Of a stretch of 64,000 nucleotides of DNA, positions 50,933 to 64,000 are shown one piece after another; the stretch's first letter is position 1; each line of letters opens with the position of its first letter. Made by a program: the position numbers and the translations under genes. The stretch lies in assembly GCF_009914755.1 (NCBI RefSeq), contig NC_060936.1, one strand, 5' to 3'. This stretch comes from the human T2T-CHM13v2.0 reference genome, Homo sapiens. The notes under the pieces were generated by a model that ran no database searches, was not told the origin of the DNA, and saw only the letters and a list, made by a program, of their open reading frames with translations.

Positions 50933-53900
50933 TCTTCACCTAACATCTAAATATTGCAGTAGACAGTAAGTTGATGATTTTTAGTACCTTGTGCTAAGCA
51001 TTATACACAAAGGAGTTTTATGAAAAAGATAACATGGTACAAACTTGTCCTAGAACTTTTTACATTCTAGTGAAGAAGACAGATATATAAATAAATATAA
51101 CACAATTACCATGATGCATGTTACAGTAAAGGGTTTGAAATATAGAGTGCTGTCATTTTATGTAAAAGTCTGAGTGCAAATGGATTTTCTTGGGCCCATG
51201 ATTTGTAGCAGATCTCAAAAAAGTGTGAAACCCTAAAAGGACCTAAAAACACTGAAGAGACACGATGGTGTGAAGCACAGAGATCAAAGCTACTAACAGT
51301 AGTGGTAAGGAAAAGATTTCACGGAAGTGGTAACATTTAAAGGTAGGAAAGCGGGAGGATTGAGGAGGAATTGGCACGAGTTGGACGCCAGTTAGATGTG
51401 GGGAGGTGAGATGGATGTAGAGGAAGGAGAGGAAGAATTAGGAATGTGGGGGAATTGAAGAAAGGGAAAGGGGAACAAGTAATTAAAGGATGACAGTTTT
51501 CTAGCTGGGGAAAATGGTAGATGGTAGAAAATATAGGAGGAAGAATGGGTTTTCTAAGTACAGCTTTCCAGAATTCAGTTTTGTCCAAGTTGTGATTGAG
51601 ATGCCCATGTGATAAACCAATAGACAATTGGGCATGCAGGTCTGGAATGTACCTATCTTGTGCCAGGCACTTTTATAGGAATTGCATATAGAGCCGTGAA
51701 TATCCTAAAGATATTCACATTCTAGTGAATGTGAATACAAAATACAAATGTTATCAGAATTCTTAGATTCTAATGTGGTTGGCAGGGAGTGGGGGGTGGG
51801 CGGCGTGGAGACAATTAGTGTGGAAAAAAGCCAATATAAATTTTACCCAACGTTAAATACTAAGAATAAAGTAAATTTAATTAATGGGATAGAGAGGGTT
51901 GGGGAAGCTACTTTATCTAGAGTAGTATGGAAACTGAAGGCAGCTTTTTGAACTACAACTTAAAGCTGGGAAAGAGGCTGAGCCTCTTTAGCTTGATAAG
52001 GTAGGACAATTGTACCAGCAAGAGATTAACCTTTGTGATTTAACCTGGTGTCCCTCAGAGACCACATTGTTGTGAGGAACCCTTCCCCCAGCACCTCCAC
52101 CCACAGACATCTTAATCTTCCCCATCTAGCAACAGAACCATGTGGAGCAGATAATGAGTATAAATAAAAATCCATTCATGTGTCCAGGACACCAGAGGAG
52201 TGGAAACTTCAGGGAGAGAGGAACTATGAGAGATAAGAAGAGAATGTAAGGAAGAAAATGGCAGGGGGAAGTCACTCACTGACCTCTGATGGTATGGACA
52301 CAGATATGGGGCTCCCAAAAGTCTGGGATTGAGCCCCACTCCCATAGTTAGTATCGAGGAATGAGTTAGTCTAGAGATAACACTCCTCACCACACTTTGG
52401 ATGTTGTACAAGATGGATTACATCACTGTCTGAGATGGGTTACCTCACTTGAACTTGAGTGAAGAGACTTGAGTGAACTTAGATTGTACAATATTCTGGG
52501 TTTTGGGTATACTGATTTGAGGTAGTGATAGGACACCATCTTCCCTCCCCACCCACTTGCACATGTCTAGACCCCTCCACTGGGGAAGATAGGGTGAGAA
52601 CAGAGTTGTCTCTGGACCAATATACCACCAGGAAGACTTTGTCTCCTGACATCTCCCACTTCACCCATACTAAGGTAAAGGTATTCAATTTTTAAATAAA
52701 TTGTTTATTATAATATTATTCTGATTTTCCAGTTATTTATGAAGATGCGTGCCCCCACCCCATGAAGAATGTGCACAGTGTTAAGTAAATCATTCTATTT
52801 CAGTGATTCTGACCACATCTACCTTGCCTGGTCCAACAATGTCTCTAGATTTAAAGTGAACAAGGATAAATTAGTTCATGATATGTATTGAAATGAAAGA
52901 ATCTCATAAAATAAAACCTTCAGTGATTGGAACATATCATTTTAGAGCTTGTAAAGTTGTCAAATATTGGGCAAAAAATAATTTAAATGATTGGATCTAT
53001 TATCTTTTTTTTTTTTAACCGTAGGTAGAATATTAGTTCAACACCACAGCCTTTGAGTATTACTGGATATTGTGGGCAGAAGTGAGCGATGTGGTAGCTT
53101 ACTCATCACAGCTCTACACCTCTTTCTGATAGAAGAGGTTTGGGTTTGGGAATATTTTAGACCATTATTTTTCTGCCATTTCCTGTTGTCACCCTGATTC
53201 AATCTGTAACTGGGGTGTTATTCAAAATATATATGTTATCAGAGAGGAATTAATTCCTCAAACATAGGCACTCTATAGGACTCTAAAATGCTAAAAAGTA
53301 CATATTAAAGAAAAGTTGGAGAAAATTCAGGATTGTTGGTATGGTGCTGCTGTTTTCCTTTAGCCCATTATTTGTGACCTTGACTATCTCAATTATGATG
53401 TAAATCCATGGAATCAAATCACTGACATGTTTATGATTCTTAGTTGCATTTGATAGTTATTTATACTGTAGAGGTGGCAAGGACACTTTTCCACATAGAG
53501 TGCCTCCTGTCAAGAGAAAATGAAAACCTTCCCGGAAAGTCTCAGAGCACTGGCAGGAGGCTTTGTGAAGTCCAATGGGGCTCTTAAAGTGGGAATCAGA
53601 ACCATACTTTCCAAACTTAGTGAAGTGAAAAGATAAGGGAAAGATAGTAGTGTTGGGATCCCTTGTGTTGGTGAGAGAGAACGCTACTACTACCAGCAGT
53701 AATAATAATACACCCGGTGTTTCCTGTATTCTGGGGACTGTTCTAACACATTCCATGCATTAACCAATTCAATCTTTGCAACAGCAATTGATGTCATTAG
53801 TGTCTTCTTTTTACTGGTGAGGAAACTGAGGCCCAGAGAGGTCACACATCTACTAAGTGGAGAAGCTGGGATAGGAGTGAGTGCTGACAGGTGAATGTTA

Positions 53901-56654
53901 CTGATTGTAAAAGTGAGGAAGATAGGATTTTTCTGTAAGTGAGAAAAATCACTTGAGAGAAGGTTGCTCCCCTGCTGAAGCCAATGTTGGCTCTGAGGAG
54001 GGCAGATGCCAGCCTCCTAGCCCCAGGCCTTACAGCTGCCGGGGCTGGGCCTCCAAATCTGAGAAGGGGCTCCTGACTAGGATAGAGGCTGCAGGGGCTG
54101 CTCCTGAGACTCCTGTCATCTCCAGCCTCATACATCCCAGAATTAGAAAATGTTTGAGCTGGAAGGATGCCTAGGGATACACTGAACTCCCTATTTTGCA
54201 GAAAGGGCCCCAAAGCAGCGCATAACTTTACAGGGATTATTTTTATTCCTTTGGTCCTGGGAAAGGAGGCTTTTTCAGGGGGGGGTTGCGATGAACTGAG
54301 CAACATCTGGAGCCCCGTTTATTTGTACCTCTTGTCCTTGATGGACAGGAATCACAAGGATAAAAGTTAAGATAAAAGGAAAGAGATACTACCAAGTTTT
54401 ATGGAGAAACGTGAACAGGAAGGAGACCTTCAGGCAGGATTTATTTATAGTTCTGTGGGGACTGTATGGATCTGTGTTTATGGGTATGGAGCATTAGGAA
54501 CTGTGAAGTTTCAATTTCTTTAATGTTCTTAGTTGGTGCCCAGGAGGATTCATTATTTTAGTTTTCATAATGATGCAATTAGGAAAAGTCAGAAACATCA
54601 GAATGTTTCATTTGCTCCCAGAAATTCTTGTTGCCACCTCTTCATGAGTGTGGCTGTCCTGGGCATTCCTTGATGTTCCACATTTTGGACGTGGGAGCAT
54701 GACTATGCCCTGGACCCTTGGTGTGGACTGGGGCTCCACTCAGGCACATTGGAGAGAAGGCAGCTTCCATTGCTGCTGGATTTCATCTCAGCCCTGTTAT
54801 TACTGTGCCCAGGAAATCATTCCCTTTGCCACTTCTTAATTATGCCTCTGGGTACTTTATGGTAAGGGTGACATTTTTCTCTTGACAGGCAGTATTATAG
54901 TATAGAACTGTCCTTGTCACTCTTTGCTGCTTTTAATAACCACGAAATCTCTTACAAGATGTCTGGAGCTTCATAAACATATGTTTATGGCACCATTTTA
55001 TCCATCCTGAAATGGTCAAGGTCATAGATAATGCACCAGAGGAAGGAAGACAATGAACACACTATTATAAATAGATGTGTAGCTTGAAAATGACCCTTTC
55101 AGACACGGGGACATTAGTTGGCAATAAGAAAGGAAGTGATGAAATGTAATAATAATTTTATTTTATTTAGGAAAGTCTCCAGGTGTATGCCAAATGCTTG
55201 CTATTGTGTTTAACTGATTGGCATTTTAGCGTGTTAGAGGTTTAAACATGTATTACAGTTATTTCATTACAATGAAAAGTGAATTAAAAGATAAGAATGA
55301 AGCAGAAGTGCAGTTTGAATAGTCAAAAATTAGCATATGATACATAATTTTATTTTAAGAAATCTAAGTGACACATGTAAGAACAGTGTACCTTTCATTT
55401 GTTATTCTGAATTTTTAAAAACTTAGGCATGGGGGATCATTTTAGTTAGTACTGAATCCCATTTCTTTTTCTCTTCCTCTCTCATTCATGCTCAACAGAA
55501 ATATTTTAATAATGAAAGATCTAAAAGGTATATCAGCTTTGTTATTTGGTGCTCAAAAATGTTCCCATGACATTGGTTTACACTTGCCAGTATATGGGTG
55601 GATGGTCTGTGCTTATTTGATCTTAGAACTGCTAGTATCTGGGGAGAGAGAAAAGCAACAAAAACAGTATCATGCTCAGCAACATCAAAAGCGATGACAA
55701 TAGCATTAATTGGTGTGTCCATATATGTTAATGTTAACCCTTTCAATACCTTGTTTAGGCAGTTATTATTATAGTAGTAGAAAGGGTCAAGAGTTAAGGC
55801 ATTGAGGTTAAACCTTGGGAAAGTTAACTCCTCTCAGAATTTCAGTTTCTTCATCTGTAAAGGAGGACTACAATTGCAGTAGTAATAATCATGAATACTG
55901 CCCATTACATAAATAATGCATGTAAAGCACTTTGCACAGTGCTTGTTTTACGATTACTAGCTGTTACCATCATCATCCTCATCCCCATTTTTCAGATGAA
56001 GAAGCTTGGTGCACAGATTAATAAAGCTCTGAAATGAAAAGCAGGAGTTGAGCAAAGAGTTACCTGACTCCTAAACTCTTGCTGTTGTTGAAATCCCACC
56101 ACCTTATTGCATTAGGGAATATTGCTTTGTGAGAAAGGAGGGTGTGGGAGTGAGGTTTAGCCTTCAGGCCAGGAAGCTAATTCTAATTTTAGGAAGAGGT
56201 GACAAGGACGTGAGGAAAAGCAATTATTTATAGTCAGGCCACAAGGGCCTCGGATTTTGCCTCTGATTGGCACTTGTCTCCTTCTGCATTCCTGCTTTCT
56301 CCCACTGGTGTTGTCCTTTCCATGCATCATGATTTCCCAATGCCGGGAGAATGTTTAATTGGGTAATTACCCAGGTTCAGTTCTCTGAACTTGCTTAATT
56401 CCCTGGATAACAAAAAAAAGGAAAGAGGGGTAACTTACCAGTCAGATATCTACTCCCTTTTTTAATGTTATATAGACCTGGATGCTTAGCTTGTTTGTGC
56501 AACCCTAGTCAATTTGCACAGCTTCGTTTGTACCATTTTTTTTGGAAGAGGCAAAATAAGTTCTGTTCTCAAAATAGAGTCACCACAGGTGGAAACATAA
56601 CACTTGTAAGTAGTTCCTCTGGTTTTCTATCTATTCAGTTACTTTTGTGCTAAA

Positions 56655-56865
56655 GAGTAGACGTTTGAGTTAACTATAACTTATTGTATATTTCAAAATC
56701 AAGATTGGAATTGAAATGTTCCTAACACAAATATTAAATGCTTGAGGTGATGAATATACCAATTACCCTGATTTGATCATTATGCATTGTAAGTTATCAA
56801 AACTTTACATGTGCCCCATAAATATGTACAACTATTGTGTATCTATAAAAATTAAATAAAAATAT
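56655..56865 (+). mobile_element. L1MA 3' end
   Basis: aaatgcttgaggtgatgaatataccaattaccctgatttgatcattatgcattgt...ccccataaatatgtacaactatt. Confidence 0.85.
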
Positions 56866-57562
56866 ACTGAGCCAAAAAATAAAGAATAAGCATTTGTACT
56901 GTGCAATTCCCCACCCTGTGCAAAAACTTGAGAGGAGAGATGCTCTTTGAGCTTGAGGATTCCTTGCATGACATCCAGTGAAACTTAATTTGCACTTTGG
57001 TCTTCCTAAGTGTTCTTAGAAAAAAATTTCTCTGTAGTATAATTTCCTGGTAGGGATTAGTGAAACTATCTCCTCATTGGCATTTAGTTGCTTTTCCCTC
57101 TGTGTTCCTATCTCTTGTATTAGATTTAGTTGTTTGCATGCTTGTTTCCCCCCTTTGGAGTGTAGACTTCTTGCAGGCAAGGATGAAGGCTTCCTCCTCT
57201 TCGCTTTCACTGCATCTAGTACAGAGCACTACTCAGTAAATATCAGAGCACTTAGATAAGTTGGTTAGTCTACACTAACTTGGATTAAACCTTTTTGCTG
57301 CCACTACCTGACGAATGAAAAGGAGAAGGGAACAGAAATAACTTTACCAATTGTGGTATCTTTGGCAGTCATTGACAGAAGCATAGGGTGTGGAAGGGGT
57401 GGAAAGGGAGAAAAAAGGGTAAAAGAGCAGAAAAATACAGAAAGAAACTGAAGATAGAAAAGGGTAGGCTAGGATAGGGAATATATTTTGCATCACCAAT
57501 TATTTCTGGTACAACCCATCTTGAGCCAGTATACCCCGCTATTACCCCAGCCACAGGTATCT

Positions 57563-57594
<32 letters not shown>

Positions 57595-59375
57595 CTTAAC
57601 CAAGATAATGGATTTCAGTGGGCTCTCAAATCAGAAAGAAATGGGGCTGAAACGTTTAGGCAGTGAAAAGTGTGTCACTATTTTTCCTTCCTGTAACCAG
57701 GTCAAGAGTTCCGGTAGGAACATGGAGCCTGAGCTGGTAAATTTGAATATCTGATCTTCCAGGCTCGGAGCAATGAATAGTGGTTATAGGGAAAGGAATC
57801 GCAGGAGGTAAGATCAATTATGTAATGAGGGGTAATTATGCAACAGGTCATACATCAGTTTGGGAGAGTTGTACACATTTTATGCAGAGCAAGGCTGGGT
57901 AGACCTACTACTGCATAGGTAAATGTAAATTACCCAGTTGACTTCAGTGGGTAGAGTTCTTGTCTGAGCACTGCTCGGTTCTCATAAACCTTTCTTCTTT
58001 CATTCTCCTCTGATGTCTTCCTGGATTAATAGCAAGAAGGAGAACAGGACAAAGGAATACTTGGTCTTTAAAAGAATAAGCAATTTTCTATAGGTAGGCA
58101 GCAAAGTGTTAACCTTTGGTCCTTTCACCCTAGAAAGAAAGAAGTCCTCAGACTTTTGCCATTCATGATGCTTTTAGCAATACTTTTATTTAAATCCAAC
58201 TCAGTTTCTGAATTATCATGACTTTAATAAAGAGTCTGCATTGGGGCGCTTAAGCTTTATGGTAAACGAAGTAACTTTGTATCATAGAGGTTACAGAATT
58301 TAAGTGTCAATTGGATGAGTTCCATGTATTTCCATTCTAGAGACATCTCCAAAGAGAAAAGAAGGTACATGAAAAGAAAGAGGAAAAAATAATGAGCAAT
58401 AATGACTCAAGTTAAGGGGAAACATTTTTTAAAAAGCGAAACACTAATGGCAATTGATAGATTTGATTTTTATTTTAGTGGAAAGTCCATGAGCTTCTTC
58501 TTAATCTCAAAGGATAGTACAATTCATTTGGATTGTCTTGTATACACAGTGATGGTCCACTCTGGTCTACTGCCAGCATTTTGTTGCCAACTTCATTCTT
58601 GGATGGTGGGGATGATGAACAACGCGGCATTCCACTCCTGTTCCCAGTGTGGTCCATCTGTGGCACTTTCTGTCATTCAGTTTCCAATTTGCTTTAAATA
58701 GTTTTATTTACTCTAAACGAGGATGGTGCTATGTTGCCAGTGACAGGCTCTTCACCTCCATCATCACAGAAAATGTTGTCAATATAGAATTAGAGAATAA
58801 AAAAACTAACAGGTAGAAGTCAGATAAAGCCAGTGACTTGCACAAATGGCAGCGTGAAAATCTTAACTTTATTAATTTTGAGTGTGCTTTGTATTTCCAG
58901 ACTTTTGCTAATGTGGTACATAGCTTCTTAAAAGCAAGGCTCATTTTCTCCATACTCAAGGAAGAAGTAACTCTAGTATTTTATTTTAGTGGTTTAGTTT
59001 CAGCATTTTAAAAAATCCTTCCATATTATCTGTTACCCAATTTGCTAAAGAATAGCACAATAGGTACTAAAGTTCAGTGAACTGGTCCAAAGTTTCAGTT
59101 CACCTCATGTTTATTGACTCTTCTTATTGTGTTCTGACACTGGGGTTATAAAGACGACAAAAGTGTAGTTCCTGACCTCTCTCACCAAGCTCGTAGCTTA
59201 ACCAAGAGAGACACAAAAAAAGAGACAGTCCAAGTTGAGACATTGTTTATGCTTCATAATAATTTTGGAAGAAACAAATCAAGTGCTAGATTTCCTCTTG
59301 GCAAGAAAGAAGGAGATGGAAAGCCACAAGAGTAAGTGGGAGAGGGGAAATTTGGTGGTGGGTGCTGTGTTAGAA

Positions 59376-59411
59376 TTATAGGAGAGTGAAGTTTTATAGG
59401 AGAGTGAAGTT
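59376..59411. repeat. Perfect 18-bp tandem duplication
   Basis: TTATAGGAGAGTGAAGTT x2. Confidence 0.95.
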
Positions 59412-59429
59412 TTTTTAGCATTTTTTTTT

Positions 59430-59970
59430 TGCCTTCAACTTTATATATAGGAAAATTTCAGGCTTACAGGAAAGTTAGAAAAATAGTACAGTGGGTACCC
59501 ATATGCCCTTTATGTAGCTTCAGCAGTTGTTAACCTTTAGTCACATTCATTTGCACTATCCCTGGGTATACTTTTTTGAACCATAAAAATAAGTTGCAGA
59601 CATCATGACTTTTCACCCCTCAGTTGTTTAACGGCATCATTACACTTATAAAATAAATAATAATTCCATGATATCATCTAATACAGAATCCAGAGTTTGG
59701 ATTTCTCTTATTGTTTCAAATATATCTTTTATAGTTTTTTTCCCTCCCTGATTCATGATTTGACCAATATTCTTACATTGTACTTAGTTGTTGTGTCTCT
59801 TAGTCTTTTTGGATTTATGTTTTTAGTTTCCTTTGTTTTATGACATGGAATTTTTTGAGTCTATGCTGGTTGTATTGAAGAATGCCCCATATGTTTGATT
59901 CATCAGATTATATCTTCATGAATAGATTCAGGTTAAACATTTTTGGCAAGAATCCCACAGATAAATGTTG
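59430..59970 (-). mobile_element. L1MC-type 3' end remnant
   Basis: aagttgcagacatcatgacttttcacccct ... agattcaggttaaacatttttggcaagaatcccaca. Confidence 0.7.
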
Positions 59971-60675
59971 TAGTACAACAGCTATAAATTTTAAATTTAT
60001 GGACTTCATGGTTATATGTGTATGTATATGTCTTCTACTGGGGAAAAGGTTGTAGTTCTTACCAAATTTCCAAAGATTCCATAAGACCCCCAAAGGTTAA
60101 GAATTAGAGATGGAGTAAGTTGTTATTAGTGGGAGGTAAGTAGGTATTTAGTCTACACTTATATCTTAAATCATTAGATTTTATTTATTTTTAAACACGG
60201 CATTTTTACTGGTAGGTTTTTTAAAAAAGTAATTCATATACATGATAAAATTCAAGTAATACAAAAATATTAGAGTGCAAAATGTCTTCTGACTCCAGTT
60301 CTCCAGATTCCTTGTTGTTCTTGGCAAAAATAACCTGTATTTCCAGTTTCTTGAATGTACCTCCAGAAAAATCTGTGTATAGCTGGGTATATTTGTGGAT
60401 ATGTGTTCTTTTATTTATTTATTTTACACAAATAGGAGAATTTTACAGTGGAGATGTTCTATAGGTGAATTGACTTATATTATTGTAATGCATATATGTG
60501 ACAAAACAAAAATAGTATAAAACAAAACAAACCAAAGCAGGAAAGAATCAATGCTGCTGATCCACATGACATTCTACTTGATGACTGAGCAGGAGACAGT
60601 CACACCAGCATGTTGCTCCTTTAGCTGGACTCACTCTTAGCATGCACAGCCCTGAGCCTGGGGTGAGGCTAGCTT

Positions 60676-61212
60676 TTTTTTTTTTTTTTTTAAAGTGTAT
60701 TTTACTGTGGTAAAAACATTTTTTAATCTTTCTTTCTTTTTTTTTTTTTTTTTAGAGACAGGGTCTTGCTATATTGCCCACACTGGACTCAAACACCTGG
60801 GCTCAAGCTATACTCTTGCCTCAACCTCCTGAGTAGCAGGGACTACAGGCATATGCCATTGTGCCTGTAGGTCTCACATTTAATGTGAGATTTGCTCTCT
60901 TAACAGATTTTTGAGTATACAATACAATACAATATAGGCACAGTGTTGTACAGCAGATCTCTAGAATTCATTTGTCTTATATAACTGAAGGTTTATACCT
61001 ATTGAGTAGCACCTCACAATTTCCCCTTTCTCCCAGCCCCCAGAAACCCTTCTGCTCTCTGTTTCCATGAGTTTGACTGGATACTTCATATAAGTGGAAT
61101 TATACAGTATTTGGCCTTCTGTGTCTGGCTTAATTCACTTAGGATAATGTCCTCCTGGTTCATCCATGTTGTAGCAAATGGTTAGATTTCCTTCATTTTT
61201 AAGGCTGGATAG
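60676..61212 (-). mobile_element. L1MA/MB 3' fragment with nested Alu monomer (~60730-60870)
   Basis: Flanking duplication GAGGCTA(G/A)CTTTT; gtacagcagatctctagaa and ggttcatccatgttgtagcaaatg motifs. Confidence 0.75.
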
Positions 61213-62526
61213 AGGCTAACTTTTAAAGACTGTATTTATCACAAACGTGGTCCCTGTGCGAGCCAGCTTCATCTGGTGTGCAAATGAAGAAATACAAGAG
61301 CCTTTTAGTGCCAAAGGAAACACTAGCTCTGTGCAACATTTACTGAGGGAGTGTTCGTAATGCTTCCAAACTGGCATTACCCTGGGGGATCTTTGAGGGA
61401 CATTAGGATTATATTAAATTTTAGCCTTACACACTGACTCGAGAGCCCCTGGTAAGGTGCATTCCATGGCTCCTTGTTCAGCTCCATGCTTTTTGAAAGT
61501 TAACAAGATATCTTGGTTCTTCCACATCAGCACACAGAGATCTACTTTATTTTTTAAAATAACTAAATGGTATTCCATTGCATAAATGTACCAGGATTTG
61601 TTCAGAATCTGTCCTCCATTGATGGATATTTAGGGTTTTTTTTTAGACTTTTGCTGCTATAATTATAATGCTACAATGAATGATGTGTCTTTTTATAATA
61701 CATTTTGGGGATTTTGTATGACCAAGTGACCACAGGAGAACAATTAGAATATTTTTGCTATATTTACTTAAAAATATAAAATTTATTTCCTTTTTTCGTT
61801 ACTTTTGAATTGAAACTTTTGGTCCTGATTCCTATAATTTCAGCTTTTCAAAATTGAGTTTAAAAAATAATACTAATTAATTACCTTTAAAAAAATCCCA
61901 CATATTAGCATAATGTCTAAATCCATTCAGTGGCATTAGGACTCCAAAAGACAATTTACCAAATATCTCTACTACTTACTATTTATTCAACAAATATTTC
62001 TTGAGTGCGTGCCTCTATGTGCCAGGGATTATATTAAGGATTTTAGTAGATTTTATATTTCCTAGTTTTATTAAAATTGTGCTTAATTTAAGATTAAAAG
62101 CTACTTGTTAGTTGTTCATTTATTCCATTTATAATTGCTCATTTATTCCGTTAAGTTAACGAGGTATTTGTATATCAGTGAGGTGGAGAGGAGGGGAAAG
62201 GTAATATATTTATATTAAAAAGTTCACTTAATGTATTTCCTAGATAGCAGTTATAAAAGGTAGGGTTTCTTTTTTTCTCCTTTCCCTCCTTCCCTCCCTC
62301 TCTTTGTTCCTTCTCTGTCTCTCCAATTTTAATAATTGGTATTATCAGTCCTTCCTCATTCATCTTCTTATTTTTCCCTAGATGCTTTTTCCTGGCTCTT
62401 ATTGCTTTTTTAGATTTACGTAGGAACTTTAAAATCAACTTGTTTAATTTGAAAATCCTACTAATAATTTTGGGGATGTGATTCACAATAGAGTATTTAT
62501 AAAATAGCTCTGAAAGAATCAACATC

Positions 62527-62829
62527 TTTTTTTTTTTTTTTTTTTTTGAGGTGGAGTCTTGCTCTGTCACCCAGGCTGGAGTGTAGTGACTCCATCTCGT
62601 TTCCTTGCAACTTCTGCTTCCCAGGTTCAAGCAATTCTTCTGCCTCAGCCTCCCGAGTAGTTGGGACTACAGGTATCCACCACCACTCCTGGCTAATTTT
62701 TGTGTTTTTAGTGGAGACTGGGTTTCACCATGTTGGCCAGGCTGTTCTTGAACTCCTGACCTTAAGTGATCTGCCCGCCTCGGCCTGCCAAAGTGCTGGG
62801 ATTACAGGCATTAGCCACCGCACCGGGCC
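62527..62829 (-). mobile_element. AluS
   Basis: Poly(T) head followed by a full dimer. Confidence 0.92.
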
Positions 62830-63169
62830 TAAGATGCCAAGTCTTTAAAATGAAAAACATAATTCAATTTGCTTCAGTCTTTAAAAAAATTACTGTTAAG
62901 TTTGTCTCTTGGAATTTTTTATCTTTTTGCCCTCTTTGTGAATAGAATGATTCCTTCTATTATGTCTTCTGGTTGTGGTTCAAATGTAAGAATAGTATTG
63001 ATTTTTCCATATTATATTTCTTACCTGGGCCCCATGCTGGATTCTTTCACTATTTGTAATAGTTTTTCAGCTGATTCTCTTGAGTTCTCCAGCTAAGCAA
63101 TCATTTTATCTGCACATATCTCTAAACAATATTAAATAATGGTGATGCTAAGTTGTATGATGAGGTTAA

Positions 63170-63460
<291 letters not shown>

Positions 63461-63609
63461 TAGGTTAACTTCTTTATGTGCACATTCTCTAACAAAGTCT
63501 CCCTGGCTAATTGCTTGACCGAAAGCAGATATAAGCTGTTAAACATGAACACAACCAAACCTGTCACTACAACAAAACAGAACAAAACAAAACATGCAAG
63601 TAAAGAAAA

Positions 63610-64000
63610 ACTGTTCTCCAAAGGCTTTGAGAAATATGGGATTATGTAAAGCAACCAAATCTGTAACTTATTAGCATTTCTGAGAAGAGAAGGTAAGCAA
63701 CTTGGAAAACATATTCAAGGATATAATTGAGGAAAATTTCCCCAATCTTGCTAGAGAGATCAACATGCAGAGACAAGAAATCCATGGAACTCCTCCAAGA
63801 TACTATATAAAATGACCATCCCCAAGGCACATAGTTATCAGACTACGCAGGGTCATGGAAAAGAAAAAAATCTTAAAGGCAGCTGGACAAAAGAGTCGTA
63901 TTACCTGTAAAGAGAAATCCATCAGACTAACAGTGGACTTCTCAGCAGAAACTTTACAAACCAGAAGAGATTGCAGGCCCATTTTTAGCATTCTTAAAGA
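63610..64000 (+). mobile_element. Old L1 (L1PB/L1M-like) ORF1 remnant running off the window
   Basis: gaaatatgggattatgtaaag, gaaaatttccccaatcttgctagag and catcagactaacagtggacttctcagcagaaact (IWDYVK, ENFPNLAR, IRLTVDFSAET-like). Confidence 0.85.

Overview
Human (primate) genomic DNA, recognised as the SLC38A2 (SNAT2, System A neutral amino acid transporter) locus; the chr12q13.11 location is recalled, not checked. The complete gene lies on the minus strand. It has a non-coding exon 1 (~18068-18332) and 15 coding exons (16852 down to 6670). All introns are GT-AG and phase-consistent, and the exons sum to 1521 nt (506 aa plus TAA). A ~2.9 kb 3' UTR ends near 3747. A CpG island covers exon 2 to the promoter (TATA, CRE half-site, GC boxes) and contains the known intron-1 amino acid response element. 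A second CpG island at ~28.5-29.8 kb starts a plus-strand lncRNA (probably SLC38A4-AS1/LOC100288798), with a clean exon at 33306-33531. The rest of the window is repeat-rich non-coding DNA (Alu, L1, L2, MIR, LTRs, hAT and TcMar elements). I see no new protein-coding or otherwise exotic system. The best candidates for undescribed biology are regulatory or evolutionary: a paired TonE/NFAT5 plus CLEAR module beside the AARE; six Pumilio elements and a duplicated miR-23 site in the distal 3' UTR; overlapping opposite-strand poly(A) signals and a uORF in exon 1; a perfect U1 site suggesting a distal minus-strand exon; a structured intron 6; and an L1PA 3' transduction carrying an old Alu fragment. 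All of these come from manual reading and need experimental or computational confirmation. Repeat subfamily names are from memory of consensus sequences.
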